Below, in pieces: positions 53,958 to 63,487 of a stretch of DNA of 64,000 nucleotides (position 1 is its first letter; each line of letters opens with the position of its first letter). Under the pieces are notes generated by a model that was not told the DNA's origin, made no database searches, and saw only the letters and a program-made list of their open reading frames with translations. Made by a program: the position numbers and the translations under genes. The DNA is from Nitrosopumilus sp. Its GTDB lineage: Archaea > Thermoproteota > Nitrososphaeria > Nitrososphaerales > Nitrosopumilaceae. Location: NCBI GenBank assembly GCA_965214775.1, contig OZ243974.1, forward strand, positions 2,752,001-2,816,000, read 5' to 3'.

Positions 53958-54159
53958 TACAAATATCTGGATTTTGCTACACATTTGCCAAGGAATTTCA
54001 CAGGCAACTTGCTATTTGATGAGAGTTTATCACCTAGGTGATACTGCCGCTCAGGGTTTTCATGATCATGCCCACCGTGCTGTATTCTCTTGGCGGGGTA
54101 AATTCGTACGACTGACTGCAAACAGACAGTTAAGTTAGTTACTTTATGAGTAATGTGCA

Positions 54160-54321
54160 ATGAATGGACGTTTACTGTTGCTAGTCATGCCGTTACTTGT
54201 GGCTGCAATAATAATGCCAATTACCACCACAGTACATGGTTTTTGGTGGATGTTTGAGGATGTAGAACTGGAGGGATTGTCAACGAAAATGAGCTGTGTC
54301 TTTTTAATAGATTGGTTTTAA
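54160..54321 (+). pseudogene. Short ORF with signal peptide, probable remnant
   Basis: MNGRLLLLVMPLLVAAIIMPITTTVHGFWWMF... Confidence 0.4.
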
Positions 54322-54362
54322 ATTCGACGTGGTCGTGGCGTTTTGGCGGCGTCAACATGCAG

Positions 54363-54480
54363 TAATAGGGTAGCCCCTGCCTAGGCAGCAATCAGGCATG
54401 AATCTGCTTGCAGTTGCGGTTTTCATGCCTGAACAGCGGGGGATGTGTGACTTTAACTCTAGGCAGGGGCTAACCTATTA
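54363..54480. mobile_element. MITE-like palindromic element (118 bp)
   Basis: TAATAGGGTAGCCCCTGCCTAG / CTAGGCAGGGGCTAACCTATTA, plus inner TCAGGCATGAA/TTCATGCCTGA. Confidence 0.75.
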
Positions 54481-54490
54481 TCATTGGACA

Positions 54491-56713
54491 CTATCTGCCG
54501 TCCCAGTCGCCTGCAACAGCTAGATCACCTGCCATCCCGTACCCGAATGTCTGCTCGGGTATGCCGTCAAACCCGTTGTTGACGTACCATATGCCGTTGC
54601 GGAATATGGCAGGAGTGTCGATGCCGTCACCGTCCCAGTCGCCTGCAACAGCTAGATCACCTGCCATCCCGTACCCGAATGTCTGCTCGGGTATGCCGTC
54701 AAACCCGTTGTTGACGTACCATATGCCGTTGCGGAATATGGCAGGAGTGTCGATGCCGTCACCGTCCCAGTCGCCTGCAACAGCTAGATCACCTGCCATC
54801 CCGTACCCGAATGTCTGCTCGGGTATGCCGTCAAACCCGTTGTTGACGTACCATATGCCGTTGCGGAATATGGCAGGAGTGTCGATGCCGTCACCGTCCC
54901 AGTCGCCTGCAACAGCTAGATCACCTGCCATCCCGTACCCGAATGTCTGCTCGGGTATGCCGTCAAACCCGTTGTTGACGTACCATATGCCGTTGCGGAA
55001 TATGGCAGGAGTGTCGATGCCGTCACCGTCCCAGTCGCCTGCAACAGCTAGATCACCTGCCATCCCGTACCCGAATGTCTGCTCGGGTATGCCGTCAAAC
55101 CCGTTGTTGACGTACCATATGCCGTTGCGGAATATGGCAGGAGTGGATGTACCGAGGCCGGAAATGCTCAGGGAATCAACCATCACGTCCTCTGAGGACG
55201 AGGATGTTTTTACCGCCAGCCTCACCTTGAAATTGCTCGAATGCAGATGATCTGCCAGGTCAAACATGTGCTTGGTCCACGTATCATCATCGTCCCGGTT
55301 CCCCTGCCAGTCATACGCGTTGATCCAGCTTGTCCCGCCGTTGGTCGAAACGTCCACCTCGAGGTACTCCCCGCCATCAAGGTCGTCATCTACATACCTG
55401 TAAAGTGTCATGGCAGCCGAGTCGTATCCCGTAAGATCCAACCCGTCGGAGAGGACCAGCCTGCATTCAGAGTCGCAGTCGTCCGCCTTGGCCACCGTGT
55501 TGGTCGCCGCATTGTGGCCCGGCGGGTGGCCGCCCTCGTCGGGAGATCCCGTACTCCAGCCGGTTTCGCCCTCCTCGGTCCACACGTCAAGGTCGTCAAA
55601 GGACTCGAAGAGGGACGTAGGCGCCTCCAGGCTTCCCGTGACAGGCTTCAGGTTCAGCTCGGACCGGACATGCTCCCAGGGCGAGTATACGGGAAAGACG
55701 TATTTGCAGTCTGGTGAATGGATCGTCGGCGGAAAGTCAGAGAAACATGATTTTCCCACATGGATGCCGTGAAGCAGCACGCCGTCCCCGGAACCGATGG
55801 AGTAGACAGGTGCCCCGCTGTCACCTTTTGCTGACCTGTATCCAGCCGTGTTTTGATCGGTAAGCGTCCCGTATGTTGGACTATATATCGTAACCCCGGT
55901 TGAGGTCACCCCGCCGGAAGTGGTCGTGTAGTTTTTGTCCCCGATGGTCTTGTTTATTATCCCTGCCATGCGCACAATGTCATGAACCTCAGATGTTCTT
56001 GTCCCTACAACGTTGAACGGATCGCCGTCAGGGTTGAAGATCTTTTGCTCCAACGCAATGTTGTCAAGCGTACGGACAAACGCAGAGTCGCTAGACCGGG
56101 CATTGGTTGGATTAGTGATCACATTTCCCACACCAATATGGTTCAAGTGATTCTCATTTGGCTGGAATATGCCAACATTAAGGCGGGTACCAGCTACATG
56201 ACCTGACATGACAAATCCCAAATCCCCATTGTTGTTAACTACAGGAATTGTGATTGGACCAACCGGCAAATCAAGAACAGTGATTGGCACATTGCGGCTG
56301 ATCTCTATACCACCGATCAGCGGATCGCACCTGTCATTGACTGCATCACATGACTCCTCTACAAAGTGGCCTGAGACTAGTCGTACCGGAATGGCAGAAC
56401 CGTTTGTAATTTGTCGTATCTTTTCCATGTATTGCTCTGCCGTCCCGGTGGCATTTCGATCCAGGCCGATCACCAGCTCGTTGGATGTCCTATTTACAAA
56501 CGACATGAACACCGGCAGTTCGTCTGCTATGTCGGGCTGTTGTCGTTGCGGTGATGAATGGGTCAGGATTGCGTCGCTTTGCGCTTGCATGTACCGCGTG
56601 ATTTTGGCGTGTGCGTCGGCCAAGTCGTCTGTTTGAGACTCTTCGGCATGTATTGAGGCCGCCACGGCGGACAGAAACACAATCAATGCAAGGAGGGGCG
56701 CAATTTTGAGCAT
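54491..56713 (-). CDS. Secreted S1 (chymotrypsin-like) serine protease with beta-sandwich domain and five FG-GAP-like repeats
   Basis: Signal peptide MLKIAPLLALIVFLSAVAA; triad motifs MSGHV, SDSAFV, GDSGAP; GDWDGDGIDT repeats. Confidence 0.88.
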   Translation of the reverse strand: MLKIAPLLALIVFLSAVAASIHAEESQTDDLADAHAKITRYMQAQSDAILTHSSPQRQQPDIADELPVFMSFVNRTSNELVIGLDRNATGTAEQYMEKIRQITNGSAIPVRLVSGHFVEESCDAVNDRCDPLIGGIEISRNVPITVLDLPVGPITIPVVNNNGDLGFVMSGHVAGTRLNVGIFQPNENHLNHIGVGNVITNPTNARSSDSAFVRTLDNIALEQKIFNPDGDPFNVVGTRTSEVHDIVRMAGIINKTIGDKNYTTTSGGVTSTGVTIYSPTYGTLTDQNTAGYRSAKGDSGAPVYSIGSGDGVLLHGIHVGKSCFSDFPPTIHSPDCKYVFPVYSPWEHVRSELNLKPVTGSLEAPTSLFESFDDLDVWTEEGETGWSTGSPDEGGHPPGHNAATNTVAKADDCDSECRLVLSDGLDLTGYDSAAMTLYRYVDDDLDGGEYLEVDVSTNGGTSWINAYDWQGNRDDDDTWTKHMFDLADHLHSSNFKVRLAVKTSSSSEDVMVDSLSISGLGTSTPAIFRNGIWYVNNGFDGIPEQTFGYGMAGDLAVAGDWDGDGIDTPAIFRNGIWYVNNGFDGIPEQTFGYGMAGDLAVAGDWDGDGIDTPAIFRNGIWYVNNGFDGIPEQTFGYGMAGDLAVAGDWDGDGIDTPAIFRNGIWYVNNGFDGIPEQTFGYGMAGDLAVAGDWDGDGIDTPAIFRNGIWYVNNGFDGIPEQTFGYGMAGDLAVAGDWDGR
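54498..55145 (-). repeat. 132-bp (44-aa) tandem repeat, ~4.9 identical copies
   Basis: TPAIFRNGIWYVNNGFDGIPEQTFGYGMAGDLAVAGDWDGDGID x5; no nucleotide differences seen. Confidence 0.95.
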
Positions 56714-56715
56714 GT

Positions 56716-57021
56716 CTAAAACCCACAACCCAAATAACACACATCCTCACAAGTACCCTTAAAGCAATTAAGTTCCGGACCAGAATAGCAGGAAGCACTG
56801 CCGCCCCACTCACGGCATAAATCAAAATTATGCATATGACAATGATCATACTCCTCGCTCCACTTGGCACCGTATGCCTCGCACAATGCAGACGGCGCAG
56901 TGGGGTCTATGTCTGTACCGGCCGGCTCTGGCCCGGCAGACGACATTGCAAGTGTAACGCCTACTGCCAATATCACTATGGCCGCACTCCAGAGTGCCGC
57001 AAGCCTGTCTATTGCCGCCAT
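56716..57021 (-). CDS. Small exported cysteine-rich protein
   Basis: Hydrophobic N-terminus, 8 Cys in the C-terminal 55 aa; stop 2 bp before the protease ATG. Confidence 0.75.
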   Translation of the reverse strand: MAAIDRLAALWSAAIVILAVGVTLAMSSAGPEPAGTDIDPTAPSALCEAYGAKWSEEYDHCHMHNFDLCREWGGSASCYSGPELNCFKGTCEDVCYLGCGF

Positions 57022-57602
57022 GCCTCGCCCTCCTACGCGTGCGCCTCAGACAGCGCTTCGCCAAGTCTCCAGACGTCGTCCATTGGCATCATCATCATCA
57101 TGTGTGGATTCTTTTCTTCAATTGTAAAGCTACTATCGCCAAACCTGATTTTTTCTCCTCCGTCTGCTGTTCCCACTGCATCGTCAATGTCACATTGACA
57201 GGGATGATTGCCAGAATTATCCGTGCCAAGGCGTGCAAGATCCAGTCTGACCATTCAGCATTCTGTACCATATTCCATATTTTAGTACTCTGTTTTGCAC
57301 AAACCGTCGACGGCCATATACCATGCACCATAACTTGATTTATTTCAAATCCAAGGTCGTTTTCGGGATTACTTCTAGGAAGACTGTTCCAAATGCAGGC
57401 ATCATGAAACAGGATGCAATATCAATAAGGATGATGCTTGTCAAATGACAGTTTTTAGGATCGTGGCCGGCTACTTTTCGAGGCCCAGCAGCGCGTCCTT
57501 TTTCATTTCAAAGTCGGATCTTGAGATTATTCCACGCAACATCAGGTCGTGATATTTCTCGATCTCCCTTATTGCCCTGTCGTGGTTTGGCTCTCGCATC
57601 TT

Positions 57603-59256
57603 CTATGAGAGCCATGTCGCCTTGTCTGCTGCAGACGCGCCGTAGCCCCTCATCTTCCCGGACGGCACCCTCCCTGCAGCCCTTTTGCCGAGATTCCCAA
57701 AGCCCGCCGCCACCCTCCGGCCTGCATCGGCCACCTCTTCCTCAACGTTTCTCTGCGCAGGATCCCTGCGCTTCCATTCCCTCTTTGACCTGCATCCAAA
57801 GTTCTCAAGGTTGTACTTGGTAGTCCACCTGAACATGCAGTATATCATGGCAAACACGGGGCCGACGGGCACAGCCCAGTCCCACAGCAGCGTCAGCACC
57901 ACGGATGCGGCGCGTACCGTGCCGTCTGCGATGGCATCAGTAGTATCTGGAGCGCCGCTCTGCATTGCCGTACCTACGAGATCCTCGATTTGTGGGTTTG
58001 GGACATCATACCCCACCAGATCCCACCAGGTCGTGGAACCGTCAAGCGTGTAGAGCATCTCGTCTGCCGAGAAGGCCAGCACGAGCACCGGGGTTGTTTC
58101 CTAATTCGGCAATCTAGTCTAATTTTTTAGATTCTACACTATATTGATCAGAACGGGCGTGGTTCTCTAATGACGGAACATAAGAGACGCAATGGGTACT
58201 GGAAGTATTACCATGCTGCCCACACCCAAGAAATGGTGTTTCTCCTATCCAATATAGTTTCCTTGATCGTGGAGAACCCGTGTCCCGTGAAGGTTGGTTC
58301 CGGACCGGGTCGGCCAATAGTCCACAGCCGTGACAAGCTGGCATGCCTGTGCATATTGATGGTGTGTCTGGATATGACATACCGTGACACGCAGTGCATT
58401 GCGCACTTTCTAAGGCTGCCTCGCTGGAACGACGAGCCGGTGCCAGACCACGTCACCCTGTGCAAATTCATGCCAAAGATTCCAAACAAGTGGCTTGAGG
58501 AGATGATATCAGAAACTGCACGCATATGCCTTGCAGGGTTTGACCTGTCTGCACTCAAGTTTGCGGCCGACAGCACCGGCGTCGTTACTGACAGATACGA
58601 CAAGAAGAAGAAGAGAAAGGATCTCAAGCCAAAGAAGGTGACGGGCAAAAAGGCCGATTCTAGGCACGAATCTGGCGCAAAAAAGGCCGAAAGAAAGAGA
58701 AAGGCCAAGCCCTACAAACAATATCTAAAGTGGCACGTGGCATCCGTGCTGGGCCTGCAGGTAATCCTGGCATGCCGGATTACCTCAGACAGAATGGCAG
58801 ACACTACCATCCTAAGATCACTCTTGCAGAGAATTGGAAAGATCGGACTCGGATTCTCTGGCATCTTCAACGCCGACAGGGGATACGACTCGGATGAGAA
58901 CATAAGGATCCTCAAGGAATCCGGAATGAAACCGAACATCAAGCTGAGAGATAATGCAGTCCGTACCAAAATGAAACACAGGAAGGAAGCTTCCGAGGCG
59001 TTTGATCCGGAATCCTACACGATGCGCGCTACGATAGAGGGAATCTTTGGCGCAGAGGAGGCAGAGAACCACAGGCTGATGTGCAGGTTCAGAAAGGCAT
59101 CCACCCGCAGAAGGTTTGGCCTGTGCAAGGCCATAGGATGGAACCTTGAGGTGCTAAACAGGATGGAGTGTGCTGCAAGGATTGGCGTGCCGGTGGAGGC
59201 AGCCTGAGGTGAATTAGGCGACAACCCCCCTGTACACTCCATATTTTCTTACTCAT
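57603..59256 (-). pseudogene. Membrane protein gene split by IS5 element E
   Basis: Removing 58090-59228 plus one CC restores MSKKIWSVQ-VLVLAFSADEM in frame. Confidence 0.75.
58090..59228 (+). mobile_element. IS5-family element E with intact transposase 58170-59207
   Basis: TIRs GGGGTTGTTTCCTAATTC / GAATTAGGCGACAACCCC; ADSTG, NADRGYD, RATIEGIF; 2-bp CC duplication. Confidence 0.92.
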
Positions 59257-59322
59257 ATTTGTGATTCGACCTCCTGATTCAAAAAGTGTGCGAAAAAAAG
59301 TGTTCCTATTCTAGCAGGGTCC

Positions 59323-59490
59323 TCACCAATGCGATATCTCGCTTGCTGCAGGGCAGCCTTTGTGCCTGGCCCACAGCTTCTGGACCCACCATACCGTCAC
59401 GTCCATGGTTCCGGCTATCTGGGCGTTGGTAAGCTCTCCCTTTTTCTTTTCCTGCACTATCCATTGTACCTGGTTTTTCTCTAGCTTCAT
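59323..59490 (-). pseudogene. IS481-type transposase N-terminal HTH fragment
   Basis: MKLEKNQVQWIVQEKKKGELTNAQIAGTMDVTVWWVQKLWARHK resembles the N-termini of the other IS481 proteins here. Confidence 0.7.
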
Positions 59491-59731
59491 GCCGTTTGGG
59501 TGCTCAAGACTCACGTATTTACGGATCTTTCGTCGCCAGACCCACACACCTGTACTTCCAGTGTGGGTCAGGCTTGCACATCTGGTCCTGACCGACTTTA
59601 CACACTCGGAGAAGGGGTGAACTACTTTTTGGACTATACAAAACACACCATACAACAAACATGAAAAATAATAAAAAGATAGACTGATTTAAGAAAACAA
59701 AGGTTGAATCTTAAATTAAAAAACTGATTGC

Positions 59732-59938
59732 CTATTCTGATTTTTTGACTTTTTGGGCTGCAGGTCCTTTCTTGCCTTCGCCTACTTCAAACTCGACTTT
59801 ATCGCCTTCGTTGATAAATCCATCAACATCTGATTTGTGAACAAACAGATCATCTCCAGATTCCCTTTCGATAAAACCAAAGCCCTTAGTACGGTTAAAC
59901 CACTTTACGGTGCCTTGTTCCATTTGTTTTTGAACCAA
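59732..59938 (-). CDS. Cold-shock protein
   Basis: [21 protein letters not shown]. Confidence 0.96.
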   Translation of the reverse strand: MVQKQMEQGTVKWFNRTKGFGFIERESGDDLFVHKSDVDGFINEGDKVEFEVGEGKKGPAAQKVKKSE

Positions 59939-59998
59939 TAACTGGCTATATTAAGTAAGTCATAAGCAGTATGCCGCCACCCATCAAAAGATCACAAT

Positions 59999-60310
59999 TC
60001 AAAAATCCTTAGGGATGTGATTGTTCTCTTTGAGCCATCCAACCTGTGGAAGAGTAAACCTCCAAACAATATCGCCTTGTTCTGACTCGTTAAAATCCCA
60101 GGGCGCGATAATTACAATGTCATTGTCCCTAATCCAGACCCTTCGTTTTAATTTTCCTCGAATTCTTCCCCTTCTTGTGACGTTGTCAGTGCATTTGATC
60201 AGAACATTCTCCCCTCCAAGCATCTTCAAGACCCTGCCAAACATCTCTCCTTCCTCAGGCAGACGGATTTCTTTCAGATCACTTTCGCTTTTTACCTGGC
60301 GCTTGCCCAT
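59999..60310 (-). CDS. eif1a: Translation initiation factor aIF1A
   Basis: RGRIRGKLKRRVWI, GDIVWRF. Confidence 0.95.
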   Translation of the reverse strand: MGKRQVKSESDLKEIRLPEEGEMFGRVLKMLGGENVLIKCTDNVTRRGRIRGKLKRRVWIRDNDIVIIAPWDFNESEQGDIVWRFTLPQVGWLKENNHIPKDF

Positions 60311-60419
60311 ACCACAGTAGGTTCTCACCATAACCATATAACTGATGGGTTTTGACTGATTTGGCCTGAAAGAACATTCAATCCGCAAGAAATTTTACAT
60401 GTCATTCCAAAAACAACGC

Positions 60420-61004
60420 ATGAAATTCCAATGTGTAGATGAGTGTGCACAATGCTGCATTGAGAGAGGGTATTTTCCATCAAAGGAGTTTGGAAAAATC
60501 GGCGTATTGATTCTGCCAGAAGAAAAAGAGAGGATAGAGAAAAGATCAGCGGCAATGGCCGGCAATCGGATCAAAATCCTTCCAAGAATCGGTGTTTCTG
60601 AAGAGAAAAACCGCGGGCCGACAAGAATTTTGGCATATCAGTTAATGGGAGTAGAGGACAACGGCAACACATGTCCGTTTTTAGATACAGGCGGGGATGA
60701 AAAATCACCCCATGGGGGCTTCCCATGCAAAATTTACAAAGACAGGCCTTTAGCTTGCGCTGCATATCCCTTAATCGAATCAAACCCAATCAACATGGAT
60801 GCAAAGTGCAGGTTCTGCAAAGAGAACAAAAATGCAGATGAAAATTTGAATGAGGAGATAGAATCATTGCTAAAAATCAAAGAAAAAATGGCGACAGATG
60901 CCAGGTATGTCTGGAGGTATGCAACAGGGATTGGTGAACCAGATGACAGGCCCGTCATCAAAACAGGATGGATCTTAGATGATGATGATGATGATGATGA
61001 GTAA
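60420..61004 (+). CDS. YkgJ-family cysteine-cluster protein
   Basis: CVDECAQCC, CPFL, CKIYKDRPLACAAYP. Confidence 0.88.
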   Translation: MKFQCVDECAQCCIERGYFPSKEFGKIGVLILPEEKERIEKRSAAMAGNRIKILPRIGVSEEKNRGPTRILAYQLMGVEDNGNTCPFLDTGGDEKSPHGGFPCKIYKDRPLACAAYPLIESNPINMDAKCRFCKENKNADENLNEEIESLLKIKEKMATDARYVWRYATGIGEPDDRPVIKTGWILDDDDDDDE

Positions 61005-61576
61005 GTGGAGGAGGAAGAGGAAGAGAAAAAAGTTTGAGGCATGAAAAAACAGCTACTGGCAGGCAGTCAGAAATTCAAAGTATGAAAACGTGAGAGAGTC
61101 AGTTCCCGCATATGGTGGTGCCTGCTCATGGCAGTGCAGACGGCAACAACAATACGAGACATATCTGTAGTAGCAGTAGCAATGGCAGCAACAGCAGCAA
61201 CAGCAGTAGTAATAGTCAGTCTGATTTGAGTTGTTTTGAGATCGGAACCATTCTGCGCGGCGCTTGGAATCGTTGGGACTGGTTCAGTCTTTCCAAAAGT
61301 TCCCAGAAAAACGGTTCCAAATTTGACATGATTCAGATTATGATGCCTGCAGATCCGCATGCAGTCGTCTGCACTGCCACGAGTCGGGTTACATCTGTGA
61401 GGACTACTGATTGCAAGTACTGATAAGCCGCTTACGCGTTAAAAGAATACAGACAGGCAATTTCGCATGCATCCTTGGATTCTATCATAAATTGCCGATT
61501 GTTGTCTTGTAAAAAATTTTGCAGCCGTCATTATCATCGTCATCGTTGTAAAACCAGCTGCCGATTCCACCAGACA

Positions 61577-62629
61577 CTATGGGTTGATTACTGCCCTGCC
61601 AATAATTTTCCTGTCCTTTAGATCCTGCAAAGCGGTATTTGCCTCATCCAAAGAATATCTTTTTGAGATTACTGGGTTGATGATGCCCTTTCTGGCAAGT
61701 CCCAACAGTTCTTCCATGTCATTGTAATTTCCGGTATAGGCACCCTGTATGACAATTGACTTTAAAGGGACGGTTACAAGGGACAGCTCAATAGAGCCCC
61801 CAAACAGCCCAACCAGAACCAGATTGCCCCTTTTTCTCAAGACGGCCAGACCGGTCTTTACAGTCGGCGGGGCGTTTACAAAGTCAACTACGCTATCGGC
61901 GCCCTTGCCATTGCAGATTGAAAGGATTTTTTGGACGGTTTCCGGATCCCTTGAATTGATGGTAAAATGTGCACCCATCTCTTTTGCGGTTTCCAGTTTT
62001 TTATCATCCAGATCAACACAGATAATTTTCGCATCGGTGATTTCCCTGCCAATCTGTATGCCCATCAGGCCCAGCCCGCCGGCGCCAACAATTACAATAA
62101 ACTCCGGAGAGTTCTGGTTTGCTTTCTTAATTGCAGTATAGGCAGTCAGTCCAGAACATGCCAAGGATGTCGCAGCGTCAGGATCGACTCCGTCAAGCTT
62201 TGCCAGATATTTAGAATCAGGTATCAGCGTATGATCGGCGTACCCTCCGTTTTGGAAGAGTCCCATTGATTTTGGGGCATCGCACAGGTTTTCATTTCCC
62301 GCCTTGCATGCAGGACAGTCCCCGCATCCCATCCATGGAAAGACAAGAACGTCATCGCCTACCGATACGTCAGAGACATCCTTGCCGATTTCGTGGACGG
62401 TCCCGACAATTTCATGACCGGGGGTGACAGGATATTTTACCCCCCTGTCTGTAACCTTTAAAAACTGTCCATCCCCAAGATCGTACCCCCCTTCCCACAG
62501 GTGCAGATCACTGTGGCACACACCCTCGGACTTTACCTTGATGAGGACCTGGGTGCCTACCGGCTTGGGATTTTCAGATTCAGTTACGACAAGGGGCTCG
62601 TTAGGGCCCGGAATTCTAGCCGATTTCAC
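61577..62629 (-). CDS. Zinc-dependent alcohol dehydrogenase (MDR family)
   Basis: GVCHSD, PGHE, CGDCPAC...C, GAGGLG. Confidence 0.95.
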   Translation of the reverse strand: MKSARIPGPNEPLVVTESENPKPVGTQVLIKVKSEGVCHSDLHLWEGGYDLGDGQFLKVTDRGVKYPVTPGHEIVGTVHEIGKDVSDVSVGDDVLVFPWMGCGDCPACKAGNENLCDAPKSMGLFQNGGYADHTLIPDSKYLAKLDGVDPDAATSLACSGLTAYTAIKKANQNSPEFIVIVGAGGLGLMGIQIGREITDAKIICVDLDDKKLETAKEMGAHFTINSRDPETVQKILSICNGKGADSVVDFVNAPPTVKTGLAVLRKRGNLVLVGLFGGSIELSLVTVPLKSIVIQGAYTGNYNDMEELLGLARKGIINPVISKRYSLDEANTALQDLKDRKIIGRAVINP

Positions 62630-62723
62630 AGATTTGATTTTCCTGCTAACAATATAAGAGTTGACTGAAAACAAGAAAAAAATAGATCCGTTAGATATTA
62701 TTGAATTAAATCAGAGTCATCTT

Positions 62724-63434
62724 ATGAGCGATTCGCCTCCTCCTCCTCCTAGCAGCAGCGATGATTCTCCTAGCAGCATCTCGCAAGAACCGGTTAGCGT
62801 TCTGTTTAGTCCCGCCGCATCAGTTGCAAAGAAGGACGTTTGGGAGATCGACCTCATTCATATTTTGAACCTGTTAATCAAAATTCTAGAAAAATCAGGC
62901 AAGAAAGACCTCAAAGTGGCAGGAATGGCCGCACTGTCATCATCCCTAATATACAGAATGAAAGTTGAGAGCATCTTTGCCCTGCAAAGGGCAGCCATGC
63001 AGAAAAAACCGATGCATCAACGGACAGATGTCGATATTCAGTTAATCGACATCCCATACAGGCACGAGTCCACATACCCGGTTTCTTTAGATGACCTGCT
63101 AGGATTGTTGCAGAATCTTATAGGAACGATTGCAAACCCGCAATCAAGAAGAGGTGGGGAACGGGTAAAAATTGAGCCGGTTGAGGCGCCAAATTTTCAA
63201 GAATATTTCATCTCTCTTGAAAACATCATTGGAAGGTACGAGGAGCTTGTAATGAAGAAGATTGCAGTAGAAGGTTCTGGCATTCTACAGGAAATAATTG
63301 CAGATCTGGACGAGATCGATTCAATTCGATGCTTTTTTGCAGTGCTGTTTTTGGCAAGAGATCAAAAAGTCGACCTGGAACAGATAAATGACGATATCAG
63401 AATTACCGCCATAAAAGAAGAGTTAACAAACTGA
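62724..63434 (+). CDS. scpA: ScpA-like kleisin (segregation/condensation protein A)
   Basis: DVWEIDL, RCFFAVLFLA..KVDLEQ; upstream of scpB. Confidence 0.8.
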   Translation: MSDSPPPPPSSSDDSPSSISQEPVSVLFSPAASVAKKDVWEIDLIHILNLLIKILEKSGKKDLKVAGMAALSSSLIYRMKVESIFALQRAAMQKKPMHQRTDVDIQLIDIPYRHESTYPVSLDDLLGLLQNLIGTIANPQSRRGGERVKIEPVEAPNFQEYFISLENIIGRYEELVMKKIAVEGSGILQEIIADLDEIDSIRCFFAVLFLARDQKVDLEQINDDIRITAIKEELTN

Positions 63435-63487
63435 TCAAAAATGGCCAAGGAGACCCTTTTTAACTGATATGCAGGTGGTGATGACTT

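Noticed and set aside
54498-55145. Long regular repeat as a CRISPR array
   Set aside because: Units are contiguous 132-bp in-frame coding repeats with no unique spacers.
59229-59730. attR of the tRNA-Tyr island
   Set aside because: No copy of the tRNA 3' end was found by eye.
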